IMG/VR virus record: IMGVR_UViG_3300013981_000002
Direction: 5' to 3' (one strand)
DNA from: an uncultured virus (IMG/VR IMGVR_UViG_3300013981_000002)
Lineage: Duplodnaviria > Heunggongvirae > Uroviricota > Caudoviricetes > Autographiviridae
Length of the DNA: 64,000 nucleotides
The notes under the pieces were generated by a model. The model did no database searches. It was not told where the DNA came from and saw only the letters and a list, made by a program, of their open reading frames with translations. The translations under genes and the position numbers were made by a program. Of the stretch, positions 28,581 through 37,165 are shown piece by piece. Every line of letters starts with the position of its first letter. Within the stretch, counting starts at the first letter, position 1.

Positions 28581-28847
28581 TCAGGCCGGCATCGCTTGGG
28601 GTAGCGTGTGCCCCAGCACGTGGTCGCACTCAACCAGGCGAGCATTGCTGACGGCTTGACGCTCGCCGCATCCGGCGCACGCGAGTAGCGTGCCGCCTGG
28701 CATGGTCTCCAGCTGCGGCGCCTTGGAATGGGTGATGTGCTTGCAGTGGTTGCAACGGACGCTGATTGCGCTGACTCGGTGCAGGTTGCCATCGCGGTCG
28801 CGTACTGCATCAAGATCGAGAACGTAGAAAAGGCCTGTATCGGGCAT
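28581..28847 (-). CDS. Zinc-ribbon protein (88 aa)
   Basis: CNHC...CAGC. Confidence 0.65.
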   Translation of the reverse strand: MPDTGLFYVLDLDAVRDRDGNLHRVSAISVRCNHCKHITHSKAPQLETMPGGTLLACAGCGERQAVSNARLVECDHVLGHTLPQAMPA

Positions 28848-29017
28848 TGCGGTGTACCAAGAATTTTTGGGGATGCTGCCCTGATCGCTGCCTCCGTCTT
28901 GTGATGAAGGTCCGCATTCAGCATCACGCGTTCCTGAATTGTTGTGCAAGTGGTCGCCACCTCACGTAAACGTTCTCACGCGTCTGTTAGGGTCGTGCCT
29001 CATCAAGGAGGTGCGCA

Positions 29018-29467
29018 ATGCCCATCACGGCGGTTGTATACGTGAGCAGTGCTGGTGGGGAGATCGCCGGCGACAAGCTGGGCCTGTCCAACGGAAAGTT
29101 GGATCAGATTGTGGACGACGCGGCCCGGTTCAACTGTAATGCTGGGGTTACGGGGGTGCTCCTCTTCGATGGCGAACGCTTCCTCCAGTACCTGGAGGGG
29201 CCGGAAGATGGGTTGTCAGTGGCGTACTCCCGCGTGCTGGGCGCGAGCAGCCACAACGGAATCGTGGAACTGCAGCGGGGCCGGGTGGGGCAACGCCGCC
29301 TGCCGTTCTGGCCGATGAAATGGCTTCCGGTAGAACCGGTAGAGCTGAAGCGGTTGGCTCAAGCCGACTGGACTCGATTCAATCAGCGCGGCGACGCCGA
29401 GGATGCAAACCCAGCGGCTATGGATCTCCTAGCTTCGCTGGTTGAGCCTTACGCTGTGGCCGCCTGA
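29018..29467 (+). CDS. BLUF-domain blue-light photoreceptor (stand-alone)
   Basis: VYVS, N...GVTGVLLF, FLQYLEG, H, R..FWPM: conserved BLUF Tyr/Asn/Gln/Trp-Met. Confidence 0.92.
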   Translation: MPITAVVYVSSAGGEIAGDKLGLSNGKLDQIVDDAARFNCNAGVTGVLLFDGERFLQYLEGPEDGLSVAYSRVLGASSHNGIVELQRGRVGQRRLPFWPMKWLPVEPVELKRLAQADWTRFNQRGDAEDANPAAMDLLASLVEPYAVAA

Positions 29468-29739
29468 TCCCCTTGGCGATGCTCCCCGATCTGCTCGGTG
29501 AGAACGGTGAGTGACTGCTGGAAAGCGGCGGCGAACAGATCGCCGTCGCTTTGCCTGTGCTTAGAGGCGATGCTGGGCAAAAGACTCAGCCAAGTACCGG
29601 AGAGCCGTTCGGGTGCTGGGTGAGTCAGCGTGAGTACTCGAAGCGCGTATTCCGCTGCCTTGAGATAGCCGCGGTGCATCTGAAGTTCTGACTCGCATGC
29701 GTGGAGGCGATCGAGGATTTCCGTGATTTCGGTCGTCAT
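29449..29739 (-). CDS. Hypothetical protein (96 aa)
   Basis: Plausible helical ORF divergent from next gene. Confidence 0.65.
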   Translation of the reverse strand: MTTEITEILDRLHACESELQMHRGYLKAAEYALRVLTLTHPAPERLSGTWLSLLPSIASKHRQSDGDLFAAAFQQSLTVLTEQIGEHRQGDQAATA

Positions 29740-29801
29740 GACGGTCTCGACAGTTGGGGGTGGGGAAGGCGATAGTCTGGCGACCTCTGAGCGAGTCCGC
29801 T

Positions 29802-30416
29802 ATGAGCATCCTCAACGTTCTGTTACGCCCTGACCAGCTCCTGGTCGCGGTCGATACCCTCGCGGAGGATGCCCGCACCGGAGCGCATTCGTCCGGCGCA
29901 AAGATGCTGCTGATCCCGCAGTACAACTTGGTGTTGGCGGCACGTGGGTCCACTCAGTTCTTTCTTCGCATCTACGAGCTCGCGCTCCAGGCAAGCTTCC
30001 GGGCCGATTTCACAATGGAGCAGCTGACAAAGGAGCTCGGGCTTGTGATCGACAAGTTGTGGCCAAGCTATGAGAGAGCGGCTGCCGAGGCGAGTCTGCA
30101 AATGGACGCGTTGGGCACGGAGTTGGTGCTGGGCGGTTGGTCTCCAAAGAGCGGCCGGATGGTGGCTACTGCGTATGCCAAGAGCGACAGCTCTAGGCCA
30201 GCAATTGTGCAACCGCTGGAGGGTGGCTTAGCTTCGCCCGGAGAGCCTCTTGCCGGAAGGCCAGATAGCTTCGCTCCGGCTGATGTGCTCGCAGCTGGCA
30301 AGATCCAAGCGGCATGGCTTAATAAGCGGGTGGGGCGGCAGGTGGCCGGGGGGCGGCTTCTTGCTACGGTGCTTCGGGAAGGGCAGGTGGTGACCCAGGA
30401 CTTAGGTCAGATCTAA
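29802..30416 (+). CDS. Putative proteasome-beta-like Ntn hydrolase
   Basis: After Met removal: Ser1, Asp17 (LLVAVDT), Lys33, Gly48-Ser49; spacing matches proteasome beta subunits. Confidence 0.6.
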   Translation: MSILNVLLRPDQLLVAVDTLAEDARTGAHSSGAKMLLIPQYNLVLAARGSTQFFLRIYELALQASFRADFTMEQLTKELGLVIDKLWPSYERAAAEASLQMDALGTELVLGGWSPKSGRMVATAYAKSDSSRPAIVQPLEGGLASPGEPLAGRPDSFAPADVLAAGKIQAAWLNKRVGRQVAGGRLLATVLREGQVVTQDLGQI

Positions 30417-30485
30417 GTCCTTTGGCGTGAGTCCTGCAAGCTCCTGGGTGGCAGGCAGCTCAACTCGGGGCGCGTGAGCAGCGTC

Positions 30486-30596
30486 GTGTCGGAGTTAGGT
30501 TGTGGCTGGGCTGAATCTCGGCCAGGCGGGGGCGAGGTCAGCCAGCCCCGGCTGGCCGAAGTCGATCACGGGGAGCTGGACGAATCGGCCGCACAC
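30486..30596 (-). pseudogene. Degraded duplicate of the SRAP gene 5' end
   Basis: ~89% identical by eye to 28463-28574, with a 1-bp deletion. Confidence 0.85.
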
Positions 30597-30662
30597 GGAC
30601 GGTTCCTGGGAGCAGGGCCTGCTCTGGTACGCTCAGCAGGCCAACTATAGGGAAGTGGATCC

Positions 30663-30998
30663 ATGTCGGAGTACCCCGAGGATCATGAAATTCGTGTCAA
30701 GTGGAGTTGGTTCCAGATAGCGATTGTGGTGGGGGCCACCGCAATTCTCTGGCTCGCGTTTTGGCTCTTGATCGCACCTGAGCATGAGCGGGTGAAGACA
30801 ATACTGACCTTGGCAGGCCTGAACATCGACATCGTGGGGGTGGTCTGGGCGTCGTTGACCCCGCCGTATTTCGGCACATTTCTCGATGGGGGGCTGGTTG
30901 AGTACAAGCGGCAGAAAGCGCAGGAGGGGGCCTTCCGCTTCGGCATGTCTCTGGTCGCCCTGGGCTTCTTGTTGCAAGGGTTGGCCACGATCCTGTGA
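30663..30998 (+). CDS. Small three-TM membrane protein
   Basis: Three hydrophobic segments in 111 aa. Confidence 0.7.
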   Translation: MSEYPEDHEIRVKWSWFQIAIVVGATAILWLAFWLLIAPEHERVKTILTLAGLNIDIVGVVWASLTPPYFGTFLDGGLVEYKRQKAQEGAFRFGMSLVALGFLLQGLATIL

Positions 30999-31052
30999 AG
31001 GGTTAAGGCAGTGGTCTGAGGATCTGAGACTGCAAGTCGTATCCTTCCGACC

Positions 31053-31556
31053 ATGCGCTCTTCCCACTGCTTCAGCACTGCCCCGATCCCCTCTGGCTGG
31101 GTCCAGACCGGTGAGCGCTGGGCGCTCTGGTACAACGGCCGGGAGACGGCCAGCGTTACGCCCGATGGCGGTCCTGGGGTCGGGCTATGGATGGAAGGCC
31201 AGAAGATGTGGCATGTGAAGGAAGTGCGCGCGGCCAATGTCCGGCAGGCGAAGCGGTATGCCGAGCGCTGGTGCGCGGCCAGGCTGTACCCCGACCTGCC
31301 TCTGCGTCAGGCGGTTGCCCGGCTGACCGACGGCACTCCCATCCAGCCGCCGCCACCGCTGCCCGGCCTGCCGCCAACCCGCGAGCAGCAGCAACAGGCT
31401 CGGCGCTTGGCCGAGGCCGGAGCGAAGGAGGTCGAGCGAATCAAGGCCGCGCTCGAACCGCGCAAGCCGCCGGCAGAGACGAAACCCCGAGCAAGGGACG
31501 CCCGCACCAAGGCGTGGGTGAGGGTAGGGCTGCAGCAGCTGCGCCGTGGGGTTTGA
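31053..31556 (+). CDS. Hypothetical protein (167 aa)
   Basis: Trp-rich N-domain (QAKRYAERW) with Pro-rich tail; last gene before attR. Confidence 0.65.
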   Translation: MRSSHCFSTAPIPSGWVQTGERWALWYNGRETASVTPDGGPGVGLWMEGQKMWHVKEVRAANVRQAKRYAERWCAARLYPDLPLRQAVARLTDGTPIQPPPPLPGLPPTREQQQQARRLAEAGAKEVERIKAALEPRKPPAETKPRARDARTKAWVRVGLQQLRRGV

Positions 31557-31638
31557 CCGCCAAGCCTCCAGAAAACTTCCGCATAGCTCCTTGCGACACA
31601 GGCGCTACCGCCTGCCTGCTCCAGAAATCAGTTCAATG

Positions 31639-31651
31639 CAAGTCTTTGATT
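31639..31651 (-). promoter_or_regulatory. IHF-binding site next to attR
   Basis: AATCAAAGACTTG on - strand = WATCAANNNNTTR; CTCCAGAAA direct repeats at 31566 and 31619 are possible arm sites. Confidence 0.7.
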
Positions 31652-31671
31652 TGCTTCCACAGTCAGGCAGA

Positions 31672-31716
31672 CTTCTAAGCCGGCGGTTACAGGTTCGATT
31701 CCTGTCGGGCGCGCCA
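31672..31716 (+). repeat. attR of prophage 1: 3' half of tRNA-Arg(TCT)
   Basis: CTTCTAAG...GGTTCGATTCC...GCGCGCCA; anticodon loop, T-arm and CCA present, 5' half absent. Confidence 0.88.
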
Positions 31717-31758
31717 TCGGCGAGTAACGGGATCGCATCGGCCGATGTGAAGAAGTGC

Positions 31759-31787
31759 TTGCAAAAGCGTAAAGACTCCACCAGAAT
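31759..31787 (+). promoter_or_regulatory. sigma70 promoter for tRNA-His
   Basis: TTGCAA-17 bp-CAGAAT. Confidence 0.65.
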
Positions 31788-31886
31788 ATCGGACTCGCTT
31801 CGGCGGACCGGAACTTCGGTGACAGTCTCCAGGCAAAGGTTTCAAGTTCCGTCGCCAGCCGCATCGGCAGGAACTAGCGTTTCAGT

Positions 31887-31964
31887 GGTGGCTGTAGCTC
31901 AGTTGGTTAGAGTACCGGATTGTGATTCCGGTGGTCGGGGGTTCGAATCCCCTCAGCCACCCCA
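31887..31964 (+). tRNA. tRNA-His(GTG), integration site (attL) of prophage 2
   Basis: GGTGGCTGTAGCTCAGTTGG...GATTGTGATTC...GGTTCGAATCC...CCACCCCA; full cloverleaf. Confidence 0.97.
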
Positions 31965-32026
31965 CTTTTTTCTTACTACCGTCGCTAAGTTACTGAAAAG
32001 TAAGCTGGCGACGGTCAGTTTTGGTA

Positions 32027-33265
32027 CTACAATCCCTCGTTGGCAATCAATCCCTGTCTCGGAACGTCACCTGGGGGCGTCACCTGCGGCGCAGCCCGCA
32101 ATTGCTCCAGCGCAGACTTGCCGATGAGCGCCTGCTCGGCCAGCACCTTCGCGTAGGTCTCTGACGTGGTGCGGATGTCTCGATGCCCCAGCCACTCCTG
32201 CACGAGCTTGATGTTGCCGGTCGCCAGCAGCAGCCGGGTTGCGCAGGTGTGCCGCAGCGAGTGGATCACGCACTCCTTCTCCTTGGCGAGATGCGTCCCC
32301 TTTCGCGCACGATTCCAGAGCTTGTTGGCGCGGGTCTTGTTGAGCGTGGAGAAGGGGCCGGTCTGCTCCTTGCCTGCCGCCTTGCGCCGCCGCTGGACCA
32401 CCTCCGAAGCGCGGGAGGTCAGGGGGATGGTGCGCTGCCGGCCGCCTTTGAGTTCCCCGTGACGCCAGAAGCGCACGGCGGTGGGTGGGGTGCCCACGAG
32501 GTCGCTCCAGCGCAGGTTGAACGCCTGGCTCAGGCGGCAGCCCACGTCGGCCAGGAACACGAACAGGTCGTGGTAGTCCTTACCGTCGCGCGTCCGCGGC
32601 CGACCGCCGTACTCGGGGTCGGGTAGGGTGTCCCATGCGAGCACGCGGGAGAGGATCAGCTCCTCGTCCTGGATGGTCAGGGTGAACTGGCGCGCGTTGT
32701 CGCGCTCGTCGCTCGGGCGGTACTCCGGGATGGCGGCCAGCATGCGTCCGGCCTTCGCCTCGCGGCGCAGGACGGCCATCAGGGCGTGCATCTTGCGGTT
32801 GATGGTCGCCGGGGCAGCCTGCTCGGCCTCCATCTTGGTCACCATCGCGTCCACGGCGGCCTGGGTGATGTCGTTGATGGGCGTGTCCTCGCCAAGGAAG
32901 CCCTGGACGATCTTGCAGTTGGTGCGGACGGTCTCGATGGACTTGAGCTTGCCCCAAAAGTTGCGGTCCTCCAGGGCGTCATCCATCGCGTCCTTGAGGG
33001 TGCGCTGCCGGGCCTTGGCTTTCGCCACGGCCATCTGCGCCGACCGGGACTTGCCCCGGATGAGTTCGCGCAGCACGTCCTCGGAAACGTCGGGGTCATC
33101 GCGCAGGGCGTCGAGGACCGCCTGCTCCTTGCGCTCGGCGGCCACGCGGTCACGGGTGCCGGTGGACAGGCGCACGCGGCGGTATCCCTCCTGCACGTCG
33201 AGCATGTAGTAGCGCTTGTCGGGCGCACCCGGCTTGGGTGCGGTCCCTTTGAGGCGAAGGGCCAT
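32027..33265 (-). CDS. int: Tyrosine integrase
   Basis: GCRLSQ (R), LKGG (K), HSLRHT, LGH, TYA catalytic residues; RBS GGAGA before ATG 33265. Confidence 0.96.
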   Translation of the reverse strand: MALRLKGTAPKPGAPDKRYYMLDVQEGYRRVRLSTGTRDRVAAERKEQAVLDALRDDPDVSEDVLRELIRGKSRSAQMAVAKAKARQRTLKDAMDDALEDRNFWGKLKSIETVRTNCKIVQGFLGEDTPINDITQAAVDAMVTKMEAEQAAPATINRKMHALMAVLRREAKAGRMLAAIPEYRPSDERDNARQFTLTIQDEELILSRVLAWDTLPDPEYGGRPRTRDGKDYHDLFVFLADVGCRLSQAFNLRWSDLVGTPPTAVRFWRHGELKGGRQRTIPLTSRASEVVQRRRKAAGKEQTGPFSTLNKTRANKLWNRARKGTHLAKEKECVIHSLRHTCATRLLLATGNIKLVQEWLGHRDIRTTSETYAKVLAEQALIGKSALEQLRAAPQVTPPGDVPRQGLIANEGL

Positions 33266-33275
33266 GTGTATCTCC

Positions 33276-33306
33276 AAAAATGAAAAGGCCCGCACTAGGC
33301 GGGCCT
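33276..33306 (-). terminator. Terminator-like hairpin between marR-like gene and int
   Basis: AGGCCCGC-ctagt-GCGGGCCT followed by TTTTCATTTTT on - strand. Confidence 0.65.
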
Positions 33307-33330
33307 CGGGGCACAACGGGGTGTTGGGGG

Positions 33331-33705
33331 TTAGGCGGCTGCGACGCGCGCCGTCACCTTGCGGTTGACACGTTCTGAGAGCGAAGCCAGCCAGTGCAGC
33401 GCCTTGGTCGTCGGAAAGATCAGGTTGCGCTTGCGGTAGGCGGGATCGGGGCGCTGCTCCAGGAAGTCAGGCCCCGGCTCGCGGTTACGCTTGATAGACG
33501 ACAGGTCGAGCACATTGCGGCTCACTGCGGAGGGAGAGAGTCCGCCGAGGACGCGCTCAAGGTCCACCTGCTGAATGCCCGGCTCGTCCACAACGGCGAG
33601 TAGGGTGAGGATGCGGGTGGCGGTGATGTCCTCGTCGATCTCTTCCCGGAAGGCTGACAGTGCGGTTGTGAGAATGGCCGTCAGTTCTTTCTGCGAGAGA
33701 TTCAT
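33331..33705 (-). CDS. MarR-like winged-helix regulator (candidate repressor)
   Basis: PGIQQVDL..LSPSAVSRNV..L..RPDPAYRKRNLIFPT. Confidence 0.85.
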   Translation of the reverse strand: MNLSQKELTAILTTALSAFREEIDEDITATRILTLLAVVDEPGIQQVDLERVLGGLSPSAVSRNVLDLSSIKRNREPGPDFLEQRPDPAYRKRNLIFPTTKALHWLASLSERVNRKVTARVAAA

Positions 33706-33751
33706 GGTGCGCTCATTTTCCGTAAGGGGATGGTTCCCCCTTGGGAAACCA

Positions 33752-33973
33752 TCAGGGTCTATCTTGGAGCCGCAATGTAAGGATTACAAGGCCCAAGCCA
33801 ATGTTGATGGCATTCTTGCCAATTTTGTCCATCCAAAAACCACGCTGCCAAGGCGTGGGGGAGGGGTCGATTCCGATCTCATATCCAAAGGCTTTCACGA
33901 ACAGGTCCAGGTACTTCTGCCCTGCGAAGGGGCCGTCCTGTCCCCTGCTCACGGCGTTGTAATGCGCCGCCAC
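33752..33973 (-). CDS. Hypothetical early protein (73 aa)
   Basis: ORF in early operon, lower GC. Confidence 0.5.
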   Translation of the reverse strand: MAAHYNAVSRGQDGPFAGQKYLDLFVKAFGYEIGIDPSPTPWQRGFWMDKIGKNAINIGLGLVILTLRLQDRP

Positions 33974-34276
33974 CCCCGGCTGCGCTCCACAAAAAGGTCT
34001 TACGTTTCAGTGTTTTAAGAACGGTAGTACAAGCATCACCGCCAGGGTCACGATGGCCCCGACCACGGATGCAAAGTCCTTGCCCTACGCGGACTACCGC
34101 GCTGGCTATTGTCCGTCTCACCGTACTCATAGACTGAGAACGCCCCCCCTGGTCGTCTGCGGATGCGCAGCCCGACAGCAGCACGCTACCGTCGGGCAGA
34201 CTACAGGCCACAATGATGGCGCGTCCGTAGGAATCAAGTACCACCGGAGAGATTGATCCCGACTCGTGCATTGAGT

Positions 34277-34444
34277 TCATGGCTGCGGGGTCTCAGTTGG
34301 GGCGGCGGGTGGGACCGGATAGGACACCCGCCAGCCACAGTCCTCGGGGACGACCGAGAACTGGACGCGCTCGTTGAGCAGGCCGAGCACGGCGCGCAGG
34401 ACGCCGCGCTTCTCGTTGTGGTCGAAGTGGATGGTCCGAATCAT
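34277..34444 (-). CDS. Hypothetical early protein (55 aa, MIRTIHFDHNEKRG...)
   Basis: Translated by hand; ATGA coupling. Confidence 0.55.
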   Translation of the reverse strand: MIRTIHFDHNEKRGVLRAVLGLLNERVQFSVVPEDCGWRVSYPVPPAAPTETPQP

Positions 34445-34554
34445 TCCGGCACCTCATAGGTGCGCTCGTGGAGCACCGAGACCTCCCGTTCGATGACCAG
34501 GAACGGGCCGATCTGGTGTGCGCGGAAGGCCAGGCTGACGATGATGATTTCCAT
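34441..34554 (-). CDS. Hypothetical early protein (37 aa, MEIIIVSLAFRAHQ...)
   Basis: Translated by hand; RBS AAAGGA. Confidence 0.5.
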   Translation of the reverse strand: MEIIIVSLAFRAHQIGPFLVIEREVSVLHERTYEVPE

Positions 34555-34575
34555 GATGGTTTCCTTTGACGTGGA

Positions 34576-34707
34576 TCAAGCGCCGCGACGGGCGAGGTGG
34601 TAGTTGGCCTGACGCATCAGGCGGTGGAACTCGGCGACATCGGCCGGAGACATCGGCCGAGCCACCCGGATGGCTTGGGGGCGCTTAGGAGCGCGGAGGC
34701 GGATCAC
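34576..34707 (-). CDS. Hypothetical early protein
   Basis: GTGA coupling with upstream ORF. Confidence 0.45.
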   Translation of the reverse strand: MIRLRAPKRPQAIRVARPMSPADVAEFHRLMRQANYHLARRGA

Positions 34708-34841
34708 GGTGCGCGCCCTCCCGACAGCGCGACCCACAAGGTCACGCAAGGCAGGACGTTGATGCACCAGCGGCGGTTGTAGGGCGACCAGTGCGCGCCA
34801 ATCCACGCGCTGCCCCAGCGGAACAGGAGACCGGCTTTCAT
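34704..34841 (-). CDS. Trp-rich small early protein
   Basis: MKAGLLFRWGSAWIGAHWSPYNRRWCINVLPCVTLWV; ATGA coupling. Confidence 0.6.
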   Translation of the reverse strand: MKAGLLFRWGSAWIGAHWSPYNRRWCINVLPCVTLWVALSGGRAP

Positions 34842-35359
34842 GCGGCCACCTTCGGAGCGCGCAGGACGATGGTGCGCGCGGGCACCTCGATCACGTCGTC
34901 CCAATTGACGCGCGCGCCAATCTCCAGGGCCAGGTCATTGGCGACCGTCTTTGCGTAGTCGCCGTCGTCATCCACACCCCACAGCGCGTCGCTGTGCTCG
35001 GTGTCGTTGCCCTCGGCGTCCAGCAGCGTGACCTGCACGCCGATGTAGCTCCAGCGGTCCTCGCACCACGCGCGGAGCCACTCGAACTCGCGGTCGGCAG
35101 CCTCGGCAGCTTCCGGCCCGGTCATGCCCTCGCGGCGGCCCTTTGCGACAGCCCCGGCGTAGTCGTAGAAGCGGTAGCGGTGGCGGTCACCCTTGTTGAG
35201 GATGCGCTCTCCGGGACGCTTGCCGCCCCGGTAGTGGTCGCGGCATTCCCAGCCGCTCACAGTGCCCAGCGTGTCGTTGTTCTCCCAGGGCGCACCCGCG
35301 TCAGGGTCAGGGATGTGCTCGACCTTGAAGGTCAGCCCGTGCAGCTCGATGGTGTCCAT
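34838..35359 (-). CDS. Hypothetical early protein (173 aa)
   Basis: RBS GAGGAG; MDTIELHG...LRAWCEDRWSYIGV..DALWGVD. Confidence 0.75.
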   Translation of the reverse strand: MDTIELHGLTFKVEHIPDPDAGAPWENNDTLGTVSGWECRDHYRGGKRPGERILNKGDRHRYRFYDYAGAVAKGRREGMTGPEAAEAADREFEWLRAWCEDRWSYIGVQVTLLDAEGNDTEHSDALWGVDDDGDYAKTVANDLALEIGARVNWDDVIEVPARTIVLRAPKVAA

Positions 35360-35369
35360 GCTCGTCTCC

Positions 35370-35837
35370 TCAGCGGAACCAGCGCTGCGCCACGCCGCGG
35401 CCCAGCTCGCGGCGCGCGGTTGCGCGGATGTGATTGCCCCAGCTCCCGTCGTGTCGCTCGCGCAGCTCGGCGGGCGAGTTCTCGCGCCAGTAGTCCCAGA
35501 GCAGTTGCGAGAGCACGCGGCAGACGCCAGCGCGGAACTCGGTCGGCCAATACTGGCCGGTGCAGTAGTCCAATCGGCCGTCGTCGCGCAGTTGCAGTCG
35601 CCCCGAGCCTTGCAGCGCCTTGCGGATGTCGTGCGCGGTGATCGACTCGCGCCAACCAATCGCGGCCAGCATTTCCAGTGCGTCGCTGCGCTGCCGCTGG
35701 GCGGTGCGCTGGTCGCTACGGTAGCTCGACGCGGTGCCGTAGTTGCACGGATCGAAGCCGGGGCGCTGATTGACGAAAGCGGTCAGCATCGCCATCAGTT
35801 CTTCGCGGGTCAGCAGTGCGGCAGGCTTGCGTGCCAT
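35370..35837 (-). CDS. Hypothetical early protein (155 aa)
   Basis: RBS GGAG; FVNQRPG..NYG, DYCTGQYWPTEFR. Confidence 0.75.
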   Translation of the reverse strand: MARKPAALLTREELMAMLTAFVNQRPGFDPCNYGTASSYRSDQRTAQRQRSDALEMLAAIGWRESITAHDIRKALQGSGRLQLRDDGRLDYCTGQYWPTEFRAGVCRVLSQLLWDYWRENSPAELRERHDGSWGNHIRATARRELGRGVAQRWFR

Positions 35838-35901
35838 GTGAGTGCTCCAGAAATGCGAAGGCCCGCACTAGGCGGGCCTCGGGATCAGCGGTGGTTGTCG
35901 G

Positions 35902-36162
35902 TCAGTGCGCCCAATCGGGCTTGACGTTCAGCAGGTAGGCGGCGGCCACTGCGCGGGCGGTGTCCTCGTCGGCCACGTCGGCAATCCACCACCAGCGGTC
36001 CTTACCGGCCCAGCGGTAGACGCCCCAAAACTGCGCGGCCATCGGTGCGCAAGGCTCGACGCTTCCATCGAACTCTTGGCGGGGACCGTAGGAGACCGAT
36101 CGGTCGCCCAGGGTGACCAGCTTGTCACCGGCAGGTACAGCCAGCTCGTTGTCGTTGCTCAT
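35902..36162 (-). CDS. Hypothetical early protein (86 aa)
   Basis: FWGVY..WIAD; coupled start. Confidence 0.65.
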   Translation of the reverse strand: MSNDNELAVPAGDKLVTLGDRSVSYGPRQEFDGSVEPCAPMAAQFWGVYRWAGKDRWWWIADVADEDTARAVAAAYLLNVKPDWAH

Positions 36163-36341
36163 TGCGACAGGCCCTTTGCGTGCTCAATGGCGCGATCCAG
36201 CGCGCCGGGGATGTTGTGAAAAATGCCGTGGCGTGTCGAGTGGGTGAGGCCGATTTTGTAGACCTCAAAATGGTTCGGTCCCTTGCGCAGCACCCACGCC
36301 TTTTCGGTCTCGAACATGATGTCCTCCTCGCGGTAGCTCAT
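36159..36341 (-). CDS. Hypothetical early protein (60 aa)
   Basis: ATGA coupling on both sides. Confidence 0.65.
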   Translation of the reverse strand: MSYREEDIMFETEKAWVLRKGPNHFEVYKIGLTHSTRHGIFHNIPGALDRAIEHAKGLSQ

Positions 36342-36778
36342 CGCGCGGCTCCCATGCCCTCGGCGATCCATGCGCGGGCCTGCTGCTCGGCGCGCGCCAC
36401 ACCATCGGCGGTCTCGTGGTCGATGCCGTTCCTCGACAGCCATCCGCCCAGCGGGTCGGCGATGTCGTAGGCCCACACGCCGCTCCACTGCTCGCCGACC
36501 TCCTGCCAGAGGCGGTGCAGCATGCGCGCCACCTCGACAAGGAATTGCGAGTCCTCAATGCCCAGCGGCGCAGTGCTGCTCGGCTCGGGCCACGTCCACC
36601 CACTCGCCAGCTGCGCGAGGTCGATGGGGTCGAAGTCGGTATCCCTGATTGCGCGGTTGACCACGGTGGCGAACTCCTCGGCTTGCTGCGGCGTCATCGC
36701 GGTCGCCGCCAGTTGTTCGTGATAGCGCCCCGGCTGTGCCAGGAACACGTTGCGGGTTCCGTAGGTGCGCAGTTCCAT
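36338..36778 (-). CDS. Hypothetical early protein (146 aa)
   Basis: TGATG coupling; MELRTYG... Confidence 0.7.
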   Translation of the reverse strand: MELRTYGTRNVFLAQPGRYHEQLAATAMTPQQAEEFATVVNRAIRDTDFDPIDLAQLASGWTWPEPSSTAPLGIEDSQFLVEVARMLHRLWQEVGEQWSGVWAYDIADPLGGWLSRNGIDHETADGVARAEQQARAWIAEGMGAAR

Positions 36779-37101
36779 CACAGCACCCCCAGCCCGCGCA
36801 GCACCGGCTCCACCAGCGCGTCGGTGTCCTCGTTTGCGCTCCAGTCGCTCGCTACGTCGGCCCCGTTCTGCCAGATCAGCCACACGAAACCGACGCGGCT
36901 GCCATCCTCGCGGCGGAATACCAGCGTGTCGGCGTCGGTGGTCGCCAGCGCTTCCAGCACCATCTGCCGGTCGCGTCCACGCTTCACCGTCCACTCCTCG
37001 CCATCGTTGACGGAAATGGCATAGCCCTTGGCGAGCGCGAGGTCCACCAACGCCCGCGCTATGTCGGCGGCGATCTTCGGTGCGTACTTGTCGAGATTCA
37101 T
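36778..37101 (-). CDS. Hypothetical early protein (107 aa)
   Basis: GYAISVNDGEEW..., RBS GGAGA. Confidence 0.75.
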   Translation of the reverse strand: MNLDKYAPKIAADIARALVDLALAKGYAISVNDGEEWTVKRGRDRQMVLEALATTDADTLVFRREDGSRVGFVWLIWQNGADVASDWSANEDTDALVEPVLRGLGVL

Positions 37102-37165
37102 GGCTTTCTCCGGGCAACAAAAAAGCCGCCTTGCGGCGGCTTCGGGGGATTGGGGTAGGGCGCGG

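Larger units (their letters stand above)
1..31716 (+). mobile_element. HK97/lambda-like siphovirus prophage (right part; left end outside window), integrated in tRNA-Arg(TCT)
   Basis: Contiguous Q-lysis-HNH-terminase-portal-protease-capsid-tail-TMP-fibre synteny; ends at a tRNA-Arg 3' half preceded by an IHF consensus site. Confidence 0.93.

Noticed and set aside
31640..31716. Complete tRNA-Arg gene
   Set aside because: Acceptor 5' strand and D-arm are missing; only the 3' half is present (att duplicate)
33879..34280. 133-aa ORF with a C7/G7 run (34143-34149) as a phase-variable gene
   Set aside because: Run is short, ORF overlaps the next gene and no frame is clearly correct; cannot be supported
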